DNA of 17,921 bases, from positions 1 through 17,921 of the forward strand of contig JAUXAS010000009.1 in NCBI GenBank assembly GCA_030619825.1, read 5' to 3'. A program made the translations under genes and the position numbers. Source of the stretch: Hadesarchaea archaeon. GTDB lineage: Archaea > Hadarchaeota > Hadarchaeia > Hadarchaeales > Hadarchaeaceae. Below are positions 7,331 through 16,030 of the stretch, piece after piece. Under the pieces are notes generated by a model. That model did no database searches and was not told the DNA's origin. It saw only the letters and a program-made list of their open reading frames with translations. Each line of letters begins with the position of its first letter. Position 1 is the first letter of the stretch.

Positions 7331-7861
7331 TTGAAGCGCATCGTTTCAGCGCGGGACGCGATGACCGGGAAAGTTCTGACGGCGGCCCCGAACACCACGG
7401 TCGCCAAAGCGGCAAAGCTCATGGCCGAGCGGGGGGTTGGAAGCATCATTGTCGTGAAAAGCAAAAAGCCCGTTGGAATCCTGACCGAGCGTGACCTACT
7501 CATGAAAGTCGTGAGCCTGAACCTGATGCCCAGCAAGGTCAGGGTCGGCAAGATCATGTCGTCTCCCATACAGACGATCGGCCCCGACGCGGATATCACC
7601 GAGGCCGCGCGGATAATGGCCCGCAGCAAAATCCGACGTTTGCCCGTGGTCGAGCGCGGGGGCCTCATAGGCATCCTCACCGCGAGCGACATCACCGCGA
7701 TCTCCCCTGAGCTCATTGGTGTCGTGACAAGTCCCGAAGTGCCAGCACGCGAGGAAATCGAGCAGAGCGTCTGTGAAGTCTGCGGCGAGGTTACGACTGC
7801 CCTCCACGAAGTTAACGGCATGTGGGTCTGTGAGCACTGCCGCGACACGACGGGAGGGTAG
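7331..7861 (+). CDS. CBS-pair protein with C-terminal Zn ribbon (CEVC...CEHC)
   Basis: Two CBS domains (GILTERD, IRRLPVV..GILTASD). TTG 7331 follows GGTGA. TATA TTTTTAAATA at 7291-7300. Confidence 0.92.
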   Translation: MKRIVSARDAMTGKVLTAAPNTTVAKAAKLMAERGVGSIIVVKSKKPVGILTERDLLMKVVSLNLMPSKVRVGKIMSSPIQTIGPDADITEAARIMARSKIRRLPVVERGGLIGILTASDITAISPELIGVVTSPEVPAREEIEQSVCEVCGEVTTALHEVNGMWVCEHCRDTTGG

Positions 7862-7869
7862 ATGTTGAA

Positions 7870-8685
7870 ATGGCATGCCGGGACTTGCTCATGCGAGCCA
7901 GCGTTAGCGACGTGATGCAACCCTGCTCTGTTTTCGTCAGCTCACACGATCTCGTCACTCGGGCTCGGGCGATCATGCGCTCGAGCGGCTTTCGAACCCT
8001 TCCCGTCATCGATGGAGGGCGGCTCGGGGGTATCATCACCGCCCGCCAGATTATTCGCATCACCTCAACCCGCTCCAACATCCCCGTCGCAGGTATCATG
8101 TTTCCACCCCGGCTCATCGCAACTCCCGCCAGCAACTTGGTCGAGCTCGCTAGGGATATGGTCAAGCTTGGAATCTCAAACGTACCCGTGGCCCAGAGCT
8201 ACGGCGATAAGACCGTGATCGGACTCATAAGGTTGGATGGCATCCTCAAAAAAATCGCGGGTGGGATGAAGTCGAAGCCCACGGTTGGTGACATCATGAC
8301 CCGAAATGTCGTAACCTGCGAGCAGGACGATGAAATATCTCACGCCTGGAGTACCATGGAAAAAAATCGCTACTCGGGTCTGCCCGTCACGCGCTACGAC
8401 AAGCAAAAACACAAGCTCGAGGTCATAGGTATGGTAACACGATCTGACATCATTCGCTCGGGAACAATCCGATTGGCGGGGGAATCTGTGAAAGGGGGGC
8501 GCCCACCCACCAAAGTGCGAAGCCTCATGCGCACCCCCGCGATAACTGCCACCTCAAACATGCCCGTCGCCGAAGCGATCGAAGTCATGCTCCGACGCAA
8601 CGTGGGCAGACTCCCGGTCATCGATGAGGGCAATCTCGAGGGGATAGTGAGCCGCTCCAATGTCATAAGAGCGGCATGTGGGTGA
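7870..8685 (+). CDS. CBS-domain protein (4 CBS)
   Basis: FRTLPVID, VGDIMTRNV, YSGLPV, VGRLPVID..GIVSRSN. Start may be ATG 7891. Confidence 0.92.
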   Translation: MACRDLLMRASVSDVMQPCSVFVSSHDLVTRARAIMRSSGFRTLPVIDGGRLGGIITARQIIRITSTRSNIPVAGIMFPPRLIATPASNLVELARDMVKLGISNVPVAQSYGDKTVIGLIRLDGILKKIAGGMKSKPTVGDIMTRNVVTCEQDDEISHAWSTMEKNRYSGLPVTRYDKQKHKLEVIGMVTRSDIIRSGTIRLAGESVKGGRPPTKVRSLMRTPAITATSNMPVAEAIEVMLRRNVGRLPVIDEGNLEGIVSRSNVIRAACG

Positions 8686-8689
8686 TGGG

Positions 8690-9589
8690 ATGCGAAGATT
8701 TCCCCACTACAAGTCCATTAAGCGTGGGCCGCTGGCTTTCGAGTCGAAACTCCACCGGGAGGAAGGGAACATCATGCCCCTTGCGCGAAAAACCGTGATA
8801 ACGGTCCCACCGACGACGCGGATAAAAGATGCAGCTGAGCTTATGGTCGGGAGGGGCGTGCGAAGGTTACCCGTAGCGAGCCCCGGCACTAAAAAACTCA
8901 TGGGTATCGTCCGCACGCGCGACATCATCGACTTCTTGGGCGGGGGTGAAAAATTCAGGATTGTGCAGGAGAAGTTGAAGGGTAACTTTTTCGCCGCGGC
9001 TAACGAGCCCGTGCGAACGATCATGTCCGAGCGGGTGATCCACGGCACCACCGATATGTCGATAATCGATGCAGCGAGGCTCCTCCTCCAAACCGGTGTC
9101 GGCGGTGTGCCCATCCTCGACGGGCGCGAGCAGATTGCCGGTATCGTTTCAGAGCGTGATTTCATCTCCTACGTGCCAGCCACGACCGGAACCCCCGTGA
9201 GCTACCACATGACCCGCCACGTAATCACTGCGGAACCCGAGCTTCAAATTCGTGAAGCCGCTCGAAGGATGATTTCCCGAGGGGTTCGCCGTCTACCCGT
9301 GGTGCACGAACGAGAGCTGGTCGGCATCGTCACGAGCGTCGACATCCTTCAATACTTCGGGACGAGCAAGGTGTTCGAGCACATGCTCTCGCAACGCTTG
9401 GACGAGGCGATGTCTGTGGGCATTGAAGAGATAATGACCCGCGATGTGCTGACCGTGGCACCCGAGACCGACCTCGGCGAGGCCGCGGGGCTCATGCGCG
9501 AGCGGGGCTGCGGTTGCTTGCCCGTGATCGAGCGAGGTGAACTCAGGGGGATAATAACCGAGCGCGACATGCTGGAGTTGTTGATTTGA
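8690..9589 (+). CDS. CBS-domain protein (4 CBS), MJ1225-like adenylate sensor
   Basis: PPTTRIKDA..RRLPV..DIIDFLGGGEK..NFFAAANEPVRTIM resembles MJ1225 (recalled, not searched). ATG 8690 follows GGTGA. Confidence 0.92.
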   Translation: MRRFPHYKSIKRGPLAFESKLHREEGNIMPLARKTVITVPPTTRIKDAAELMVGRGVRRLPVASPGTKKLMGIVRTRDIIDFLGGGEKFRIVQEKLKGNFFAAANEPVRTIMSERVIHGTTDMSIIDAARLLLQTGVGGVPILDGREQIAGIVSERDFISYVPATTGTPVSYHMTRHVITAEPELQIREAARRMISRGVRRLPVVHERELVGIVTSVDILQYFGTSKVFEHMLSQRLDEAMSVGIEEIMTRDVLTVAPETDLGEAAGLMRERGCGCLPVIERGELRGIITERDMLELLI

Positions 9590-10443
9590 AGGTAGCCGAT
9601 GTAATGAGCTCGCCCGTGATGGCAATCACACCCACTGACCCAGTTGCGCGCGCGAAGAATTTGATGCTCCGCTACAGGGTCAAGCGCCTCGTGGTCATCG
9701 ACCGGGGTAAGCCGACCGGCGTCGTCTCGATGCGCGACCTCGCCGAACGCTTGGGCAGGGGCACATCAACTTGGCGCCACCGCCCGATCGACCACATCCC
9801 GGTGGCGCGAGTGATGAGCAAGGGTCTTGTGGGCGTGGCGCCCGGGACCGACTTGGGAAAGGCCGCCAAACTCATGCTCCGCCATGGGATAAGCAGCCTC
9901 GTCGTGCTCGATGGGAAGAAGCTCGCGGGCATTGTGACCAAAACTGACCTGACGAGATACTTCGCTAAGCAACTCGGGGGGCGCGCTAAAGTCAGGGAGC
10001 TCATGAGTACCGACATCGTAACGGTCGACCGAATGCACTCGTTGGCGCATGTGGTCGAGCTCATGGGAAAACACGGGATAAGCCGTGTGATTGTCGCTAA
10101 CGGCAAGAAACCCATCGGCATCGTAACTGAGAGAGATGTCGCCTTGGCCCAACTGGAGAAGCCGGCGAAGGGGATTGGGCGGCGAAGGGTTCGCTATACC
10201 CGAAAAGCAGAACGAGCCGACCGACCCCGCTATCGCTACGTGAAGTACGTCGCCTTGCTGACCGCCGATGACGTGATGAAGCCAGGGTTGCTGACCATCG
10301 GAGGTGAGGAAGATGTTGCCCGCGCGGCGAGCCTGATGCTCGAGCACGGGATAAGCGGGCTTTCCGTGGTTGAGGATGAACAGTTGGTCGGCATCCTGAC
10401 CAAGACCGACCTCGCGAAGGGTGTCGCCAAGCTAGGTGTCTGA
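9586..10443 (+). CDS. CBS-domain protein (4 CBS) with a basic insertion
   Basis: MKVADVMSSPV, GIVTKTDL, GIVTERD, GILTKTDL. TTGA overlap with the previous gene. Confidence 0.92.
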   Translation: MKVADVMSSPVMAITPTDPVARAKNLMLRYRVKRLVVIDRGKPTGVVSMRDLAERLGRGTSTWRHRPIDHIPVARVMSKGLVGVAPGTDLGKAAKLMLRHGISSLVVLDGKKLAGIVTKTDLTRYFAKQLGGRAKVRELMSTDIVTVDRMHSLAHVVELMGKHGISRVIVANGKKPIGIVTERDVALAQLEKPAKGIGRRRVRYTRKAERADRPRYRYVKYVALLTADDVMKPGLLTIGGEEDVARAASLMLEHGISGLSVVEDEQLVGILTKTDLAKGVAKLGV

Positions 10444-11238
10444 ATGCGTGTGAACCAAATCATGAGCTCGCCAGTCGTGACACTGGACAAGGACCAGCCC
10501 CTATCGAACGCAATCGACCTTATGCAACGGAATGAGATTTCTCGCCTCGTGGTGCTTCAGACGGGCAAAATCGTGGGCATGATCACCGAGAAGGATGTAG
10601 CGCGCGAACTTGGGTCGAGTACCGCCTACCGCTTGCCCCCGGGGCGGATGCACGTTTCGAACGTGATGGCCTCGAACCCGATTACGGTTGCCCCCGACGT
10701 CATGGCAAAGCGTGTGGCGGAGATCATGCTCGACCACGACGTGAGCGGGCTACCGGTGGTCGAAGGTGAAAATCTCACGGGGATCGTGACAAAGCTCGAC
10801 TTCGCGAAGGTGTGCTCTGGGTACGAGGATGTCTACGTGGGGCAGGTGATGCAGGCTAGCCCGAGGACCATCTCACCCAGCGATCGGGTCATCCACGCCC
10901 GCCGACTGTTGTTCGACGAGGATTTGATCGGGCTTCCCGTGGTTGAAGGAGACAAGCTCGTCGGGATCGTGACCATGCGAGACGTGGCGATGAATTTGGC
11001 CGCCTTTCAGAAGGTCGTTCCGGATCGGTACAAGAGCGAGCGCATCCGAAACTTGCTCGTCGAGGACATCATGACCCAACCAGCCACGACGACGCGAACC
11101 GACGCCAGGCTCTCCAAGGTCTCGCGGCTGATGCTCGAGCGGCGATTCTCCGGCCTTCCCGTGCTGAACCTAGAGGGAGAGCTGGTGGGGCTGCTGACGA
11201 AGACCCAGCTCACCCAGGTAGCGCGGGAGCGACTTTAA
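10444..11238 (+). CDS. CBS-domain protein (4 CBS)
   Basis: MRVNQIMSSPV, GMITEKD, VSGLPVV, FSGLPV. Abuts the previous stop. Confidence 0.92.
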   Translation: MRVNQIMSSPVVTLDKDQPLSNAIDLMQRNEISRLVVLQTGKIVGMITEKDVARELGSSTAYRLPPGRMHVSNVMASNPITVAPDVMAKRVAEIMLDHDVSGLPVVEGENLTGIVTKLDFAKVCSGYEDVYVGQVMQASPRTISPSDRVIHARRLLFDEDLIGLPVVEGDKLVGIVTMRDVAMNLAAFQKVVPDRYKSERIRNLLVEDIMTQPATTTRTDARLSKVSRLMLERRFSGLPVLNLEGELVGLLTKTQLTQVARERL

Positions 11239-11276
11239 CACCAACATTTTTAGATTTCATGCCAAGTTGTTATCGT

Positions 11277-11368
11277 GCGGCCGTGGTCCAGCCTGGTTAG
11301 GACTCAGGCTTCCCATGCGGTTTCGGGAAAAGCCTGCTGCGCGGGTTCGAATCCCGCCGGCCGCACCA
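11277..11368 (+). tRNA. tRNA-Gly(CCC) with 15-nt intron at 37/38 (11316-11330) and encoded CCA
   Basis: GCGGCCG/CGGCCGC acceptor, GTCC/GGAC D-stem, CAGGC-TTCCCA^A-GCCTG, GCGGG-TTCGAAT-CCCGC, ACCA. Relaxed BHB/BHL helix TTCC/GGGA. Confidence 0.95.
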
Positions 11369-11496
11369 CAAAAATTATTCTAACCATCCAGCACTCGCTG
11401 CTAACGATCTTGGTCATGGAAGTGTTAGGTACCACATGTAAAAAAATTTTTAATTATGTGTGCCACCTAACTTATTCCAAACAATTGTTTTAGACT

Positions 11497-12327
11497 TCAC
11501 CGCCGCCTTCGGAAAGCCGAGAGCAGCAAGAGGAAGAAAATCAACGAGAAGAAAGACGACCCCCCGAAAAACGCCCCGCCCCCATCGCTCGTGGATGCCA
11601 CATAGGACGCTCCTACAGCAACAAGAATATTTTCCTCTATTTCGTGTGCTTCCTCCTCTGTTATCTCGTACGCGAGGAGGTCGGAGCGCATGAGCTTGGA
11701 GGGGGTCCACCCGAGCGGGTTCGTTCGTCCCGTAGCCTCAGCCCACACCCAACCGCCCTCGCCCTTGAAGTTCCAGTAGGTGTTCGCCCCCGGGTAGTCG
11801 GGCAGGTGAACGAGCGCTGCGGCGTGCTCTGGGGCAAGCACCACGGCCGACCGGAGGCCCGCCGCGCGGAACATCACCGCGAGCAAGACGGCGTAGTCCT
11901 CGCAATCGCCGCGCGAAAAACCTTGACGTTTGATCTCCTCCGCAACTTCGTCTGCATTGCGGGCAAACTCATCGTGGCCGAACTGGATTGCGTCGGATGT
12001 GTAGGTCACGTGATCTCGAGCATAGCTGAAGATTCGCTCCGCGCGCTCATTCCGATCGGGGTACCGTCCCTTGAAATTCTCGCCGATCGCCCACGCCTCG
12101 CTCTTCAGCTCCCCAAGGCTTTCGAACGCGATTGCAGGGCGGAAGGTCGAGTCTTTAACTTGGAAAAATCCATCTTTCTCCCCCCAGCATCGGGTCCGGT
12201 AGACGTCCCAGTCGTCGTATTCCTCCCCGCCGCTCTTGTAGAAGCCGCTCGAGGGGCTTGCGAGGCAGGGACCCGCTGAGGCAAGCGAAGTGAGTAGCAG
12301 GAGCCAAGCGAGCGCGAGCTTTTTCAC
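11497..12327 (-). CDS. Secreted transglutaminase-like cysteine protease with C-terminal membrane anchor
   Basis: Signal peptide MKKLALAWLLLL; GDCEDYA (Cys), PEHAA (His), WAEAT; C-terminus GGGAFFGG-TM-RRRR. Confidence 0.88.
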   Translation of the reverse strand: MKKLALAWLLLLTSLASAGPCLASPSSGFYKSGGEEYDDWDVYRTRCWGEKDGFFQVKDSTFRPAIAFESLGELKSEAWAIGENFKGRYPDRNERAERIFSYARDHVTYTSDAIQFGHDEFARNADEVAEEIKRQGFSRGDCEDYAVLLAVMFRAAGLRSAVVLAPEHAAALVHLPDYPGANTYWNFKGEGGWVWAEATGRTNPLGWTPSKLMRSDLLAYEITEEEAHEIEENILVAVGASYVASTSDGGGAFFGGSSFFSLIFFLLLLSAFRRRR

Positions 12328-12336
12328 TCACAACAC

Positions 12337-12792
12337 CTAGAAGGCAGCTGCGAAAGCGGCGTGGGTGATAAGCCCGAGGAAGGCGAAGTAGCCGAAGACG
12401 TAGAGCCCTGTCCCAATGGAGCTTTCGCGGAGGCTGATGAAGGGTATCTTGGGGGTCAGCCGGTCGAGGAGGTTGAACATCCCGACGGCGAGGAATAAGC
12501 TAATCACGAAGGCGACGGAGATCAACCCAAGCCTCCGCATGATCGAGTCCAGGACCACCAGTCCCCCGGGGAGTGTGGTCACGGCGCCGTGAATCACCAG
12601 CCCGAGGTAAATAAGGAATCCCGAGATGAACAGGCCCACCGCGCGAGGGTCCTTCCCTATCAGCTCCCGCTGGTGGATTTTAGGAGTCAAAGCATCGAGC
12701 ACCCGTAGCCCCAGCCAACCCAGGAAAAAGCATATCAGCGTGAAGAAGACTACCTTAACGACCCAGACACCCACGAGCTCCCAGAATTCCAC
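12337..12792 (-). CDS. Four-TM membrane protein, duplicated DUF350-like halves
   Basis: Internal repeat LDALTPKI...AVGLFISGF / LDRLTPKI...GTGLYVFGY. Confidence 0.7.
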   Translation of the reverse strand: MEFWELVGVWVVKVVFFTLICFFLGWLGLRVLDALTPKIHQRELIGKDPRAVGLFISGFLIYLGLVIHGAVTTLPGGLVVLDSIMRRLGLISVAFVISLFLAVGMFNLLDRLTPKIPFISLRESSIGTGLYVFGYFAFLGLITHAAFAAAF

Positions 12793-12886
12793 TCCGACAC
12801 CAACCTCATTGTGTTAGGAAACAATAAAAGTTTGCTAGCTGCTCGCGGATAATTGCCAACGGTCGAATTCTGCCAGGTGCAACGCT

Positions 12887-12931
12887 TTTTCCCCTTTATA
12901 AAAAACCTCCACCCAAAGCCTCGGCGGGATG
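12887..12931 (+). repeat. 45-bp TATA+leader repeat, copy 1 (promoter of the 12933 gene)
   Basis: 40/45 ungapped identity to 15205-15249, including the exact 22-mer CACCCAAAGCCTCGGCGGGATG and TTATAAA. Confidence 0.9.
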
Positions 12932-12932
12932 A

Positions 12933-13238
12933 ATGGGGAGAACGCTTCACTATCGGACGAAGGAGGCCGTAACCGCTGAAGAGTTCGAGCAAATCCGAAG
13001 GATCATGAAAAAATACAACGCGGGGCACGAATGGGCCTACGAAAACATCAAACTATGGAAGGACGCAAGCGGCGCGCTCTGGGGATTCACAAAGGTGAAC
13101 GACAATGACCGGGACAGAAAATTAGTAATTCAAGCGATAAAGGAGATGTCCAAGACAACGCCGCGGCTGACTTGGATGTTTTACGATGAGGGCGGGCTGG
13201 AGAAGGGCAAGTGGGTGAAATTAAGAGGTGGAAAATAG
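12933..13238 (+). CDS. Hypothetical protein (101 aa; MGRTLHY...GFTKV...DEG)
   Basis: Clean ORF with TATA about 30 bp upstream and globular composition. Confidence 0.75.
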   Translation: MGRTLHYRTKEAVTAEEFEQIRRIMKKYNAGHEWAYENIKLWKDASGALWGFTKVNDNDRDRKLVIQAIKEMSKTTPRLTWMFYDEGGLEKGKWVKLRGGK

Positions 13239-13304
13239 GGCCATTTGGTTTATTTCTCTTGACAACAAAAATGAAGTGCCCGTTAGCGGCGCGAGGTCTC
13301 AAAA

Positions 13305-14072
13305 TTGAGGGTGCTGACGAAACCTAGCTTCGAGGATGCGAAGGAACTCGTGAGCGCAGCGATAAGGAACAAACAACTTACCATGCTCGTCGGTTCCTGT
13401 GTGGTCAACTACGTGGGAAGGGCTGGCTCAGTGCTCCCCGAAGGCGAGCGTGTGGTGATGCTCAAACCAGATGGGACCCTGCTCGTCCACCAAATGAAGA
13501 AGCGGGAGCCCGTGAACTGGAACCCGCCCGGCTGCGAGGCGAGCGCGCGCTTGGGCGAGGAAGGCCTGCAACTCATCTCCAAGCGGGAGCGTCCGAAAGA
13601 GAAGCTTTTAGTTCTGTTCAGGAGCCTGAAGCTGGCCGCATCCTTCGAGCTCGTCGATCAGGAGGAGCTCTACCTCGTGGGGTCCGAGCGAGACTTGATC
13701 AACATAGCTTTCAACGAGCCAAGCTTGATCGAGCCGGGTTTCAAGCCACTCGAGCGGGAGAAACAGACGAAGTACGGCATGATTGACCTCTACGGCGTCG
13801 ACCGGGATGGAAATGGCATGGCGATAGAATTCAAGCGCGGGAGGGCCGAGCTCGCTGGGGTGAGTCAACTCAAGCGCTACGTGGAGGAGCTGAGCGAGAG
13901 GCTCGGAAAGCGCATCAGGGGCATCTTGGTGGCGCCTTCGATAACTTCGAGCGCCCTGAAGCTCCTAAAGGAAACACAGCTGGAGTACGTGCAGATCGGG
14001 AGGCCACCCACCTACACCTTTGAGAGGGTCGTGACCCGGGAGCGGGGGCAGAAGGGAATAAGTGAGTTCTAA
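13305..14072 (+). CDS. nucS: Endonuclease NucS/EndoMS
   Basis: CVVNYVGRA, KPDGTLLVH, PVNWNPP, IDLYGVD..IEFKR, QLKRY, RGILVAP; C-terminal PIP-like QKGISEF. Confidence 0.95.
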   Translation: MRVLTKPSFEDAKELVSAAIRNKQLTMLVGSCVVNYVGRAGSVLPEGERVVMLKPDGTLLVHQMKKREPVNWNPPGCEASARLGEEGLQLISKRERPKEKLLVLFRSLKLAASFELVDQEELYLVGSERDLINIAFNEPSLIEPGFKPLEREKQTKYGMIDLYGVDRDGNGMAIEFKRGRAELAGVSQLKRYVEELSERLGKRIRGILVAPSITSSALKLLKETQLEYVQIGRPPTYTFERVVTRERGQKGISEF

Positions 14073-14121
14073 GCTTAAGACGGATTAAAGTCCGCGATCC
14101 ACCACATTTCTTCCATAAGTT

Positions 14122-14152
14122 TTTTATATCACAAAGTGGACTAATTAGTTCA
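14122..14152 (+). promoter_or_regulatory. TATA box plus palindromic operator TGGACTAATTAGTTCA for the MNT-HEPN operon
   Basis: TTTTATAT at 14122-14129; perfect 10-bp palindrome ACTAATTAGT at 14140-14149, just before the ATG. Confidence 0.6.
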
Positions 14153-14766
14153 TGATGCGGACTAAAATAACCGATGTTCTCTCTCGGGTTCTAGGCTCGG
14201 AGAAAAGGAGGAAAATTGCCAGGGCCATTTTAAATTACCCTGAGAAAGATTGGAGCGTCCCGGAGCTCGAAAAAATTACCGGGGTCCCCCATGCGACGGT
14301 TTGGCGAACGGTCTTAGATATGGAAAATGCGAAGATCTTAAGATCGAGATTGTTGGGGAAGAAAACGAAAATATTTAACTTGATAGAGGGCTCGCCTTAT
14401 CTTCCAGCGTTGAAGTCTGCTGTCGCTGCTGAGACCTTCCCCCTTCGAGAGGTGGCCAAAGAATTAGCGCGGGAAGTTTCAAAACTTAAGGCGGTTCGAT
14501 CCTGTATTCTTTATGGCTCGGTTGCCCGCGGGGCCGCAACGCTGGAGAGCGATGTGGATGTGTTGATCTTGGCCAAGAGATCGACGAAAGCATTGGAAGC
14601 ACAAATCACAAAAATCGCTAGCGACGTGAGCCACCGCACAGGCTGTTCAATTGTGCCTACTGTGTTGTCCGATTCCAAGTTTGATGAGATGGCGAAAACA
14701 AAACATGAGTTTGCCGCCGCGGTTAAAAAAGAGGGAATCGTGCTGTTTAGGCGGGACAAAGGATGA
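14152..14766 (+). CDS. HTH-fused minimal nucleotidyltransferase (MNT) antitoxin
   Basis: WSVPELEKITGVPHATVWR HTH; LYGSVARG...SDVDVLI (GSx10DxD). Confidence 0.9.
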   Translation: MMRTKITDVLSRVLGSEKRRKIARAILNYPEKDWSVPELEKITGVPHATVWRTVLDMENAKILRSRLLGKKTKIFNLIEGSPYLPALKSAVAAETFPLREVAKELAREVSKLKAVRSCILYGSVARGAATLESDVDVLILAKRSTKALEAQITKIASDVSHRTGCSIVPTVLSDSKFDEMAKTKHEFAAAVKKEGIVLFRRDKG

Positions 14767-15161
14767 TTCACTCGGATCACCTAGAACAGGCAAAACTCTG
14801 GCTATCGGCGGCGGAGTACGTGTTTGGGCTGCAGATCGAGACGAGGAATAAGTACACGGTTGCATCAGCATTGGCTATTCATGCTGCGATCAAAGCGAAC
14901 GACTCGTTAACCACGAGGTTCTTGGGGCGGGTAGCCAAGCGACACGAAGACGCTCCGGCACTTTTCCTCGAATTGGTGAGAAAGAACTACCTGCCGAGTG
15001 AAGAAGCCCGCCACCGGGACACCTTAGCTGAGGCGATAAGAGAAAAATCCGCGGCCGATTACCACGCTGAGTTCTTCTCCAAAAAGGATGCGGAGAGCCT
15101 AATCAGAAAAATCAGGAAGTTTATCGAGATGGCCGAGAGGTATCAAAAACCACCGCGATAG
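14763..15161 (+). CDS. HEPN-domain toxin
   Basis: Helical 132 aa; LEQAKLWL..A, HAAIKA, RHED, REKSAADY. ATGA overlap with the MNT gene. Confidence 0.82.
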   Translation: MIHSDHLEQAKLWLSAAEYVFGLQIETRNKYTVASALAIHAAIKANDSLTTRFLGRVAKRHEDAPALFLELVRKNYLPSEEARHRDTLAEAIREKSAADYHAEFFSKKDAESLIRKIRKFIEMAERYQKPPR

Positions 15162-15163
15162 AC

Positions 15164-15175
15164 CGGGTTCGAATC
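15164..15175 (+). repeat. 12-bp exact copy of the tRNA-Gly T-arm (CGGGTTCGAATC), 2 bp after the HEPN stop
   Basis: Identical to 11342-11353. Confidence 0.6.
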
Positions 15176-15204
15176 TTCAGATAGCGCCACTTTTCCCCCC
15201 TAAC

Positions 15205-15249
15205 TTTTCCCTCTTATAAACAACCCACACCCAAAGCCTCGGCGGGATG
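15205..15249 (+). repeat. 45-bp TATA+leader repeat, copy 2
   Basis: 40/45 identity to 12887-12931. Confidence 0.9.
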
Positions 15250-15315
15250 GTCATGGAAAACCCACAAGCAAAGGGCTTATTACTTGGTGGGACAATAAGT
15301 GGGATGGGTGAAGAT

Positions 15316-15549
15316 ATGGGAGAAACCACGGTGGACGACAAGTGGAGGATAACCGTGCCCCCCGAGGTTCGGGAAGGGCTCCGGAAGGGCCAGACCCTCC
15401 AAGTGGAAAGGGAGGGCGAGCGCATAATCATCAAAGCGAGTATCGACATCGAAAAATTCGAACGGGAGCTGAAGGGTTGCATCAAGGGTTCTAAAATTCC
15501 TCCTGAAAAGCTGAAGGAGATATGGGGCATCCGCCATGCGCATGATTGA
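15316..15549 (+). CDS. vapB: AbrB/MazE-fold antitoxin (VapB)
   Basis: TTVDDKWRITVPPEVRE..L..G..L..E..I.I. ATG 15316 follows GGTGA. Confidence 0.88.
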   Translation: MGETTVDDKWRITVPPEVREGLRKGQTLQVEREGERIIIKASIDIEKFERELKGCIKGSKIPPEKLKEIWGIRHAHD

Positions 15550-15949
15550 TTCGAACATCTGGGCCTATTACCTCGACGCCGACGCCCCAGAACACAAATT
15601 CGTCGTTCCCGAGGTGAGGAAGGCCCTCCAGGAAGGGGTTTTGATCAACACCGTGGTTGCGATGGAGGTCGCTCACTTTCTGGTCAAAAATCTCGGGCCG
15701 GTGCTCGGGAAGGAAAAATTTGATACCTTTATGGGATTTCCGCTCGCCGTTGACGAACTGGACTTGGAGCTGGTGCGAGCTGCTATCGGCGAGCTGTGCA
15801 AGTACTCCCACCTCGGCATCGGCGGGAGGGACGCCACGCTGCTCGCGTCGATGCGAAGAAAGCAGGTCGACAGGATCATGACCCACGACGAGGCTTTGAA
15901 GAGGGTGCCCGACCTAAAGGCGATCGACCCCATCAGGTTTAAATCCTGA
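15536..15949 (+). CDS. vapC: PIN-domain toxin VapC
   Basis: MIDSNI, VAMEV, GRDATLLA, IMTHD acidic PIN residues. Overlaps the antitoxin gene. Confidence 0.92.
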   Translation: MRMIDSNIWAYYLDADAPEHKFVVPEVRKALQEGVLINTVVAMEVAHFLVKNLGPVLGKEKFDTFMGFPLAVDELDLELVRAAIGELCKYSHLGIGGRDATLLASMRRKQVDRIMTHDEALKRVPDLKAIDPIRFKS

Positions 15950-16030
15950 AGTTTCGCTGCCGATTTTCGTCGCCACCCCCACCACCACACGTTATAAAAC
16001 GTTGCCCCCTAATGCCTGGGTTCAATAACA

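Noticed and set aside
13271..13281. ATGAAGTGCCC identical to the start of the 4405 gene
   Set aside because: 11-bp match with no further similarity; likely chance.
14081..14106. CGGATTAAAGTCCGCGATCCACCACA after nucS as another tRNA-end remnant
   Set aside because: Suggestive position, small hairpin and ACCACA end, but it needs gaps and many mismatches; not distinguishable from chance.
15998..16026. AACGTTGC..TAAT shared with 17825-17839, and GGGTTCAAT T-loop-like bases
   Set aside because: Only 8-9 bp matches; too short to support.
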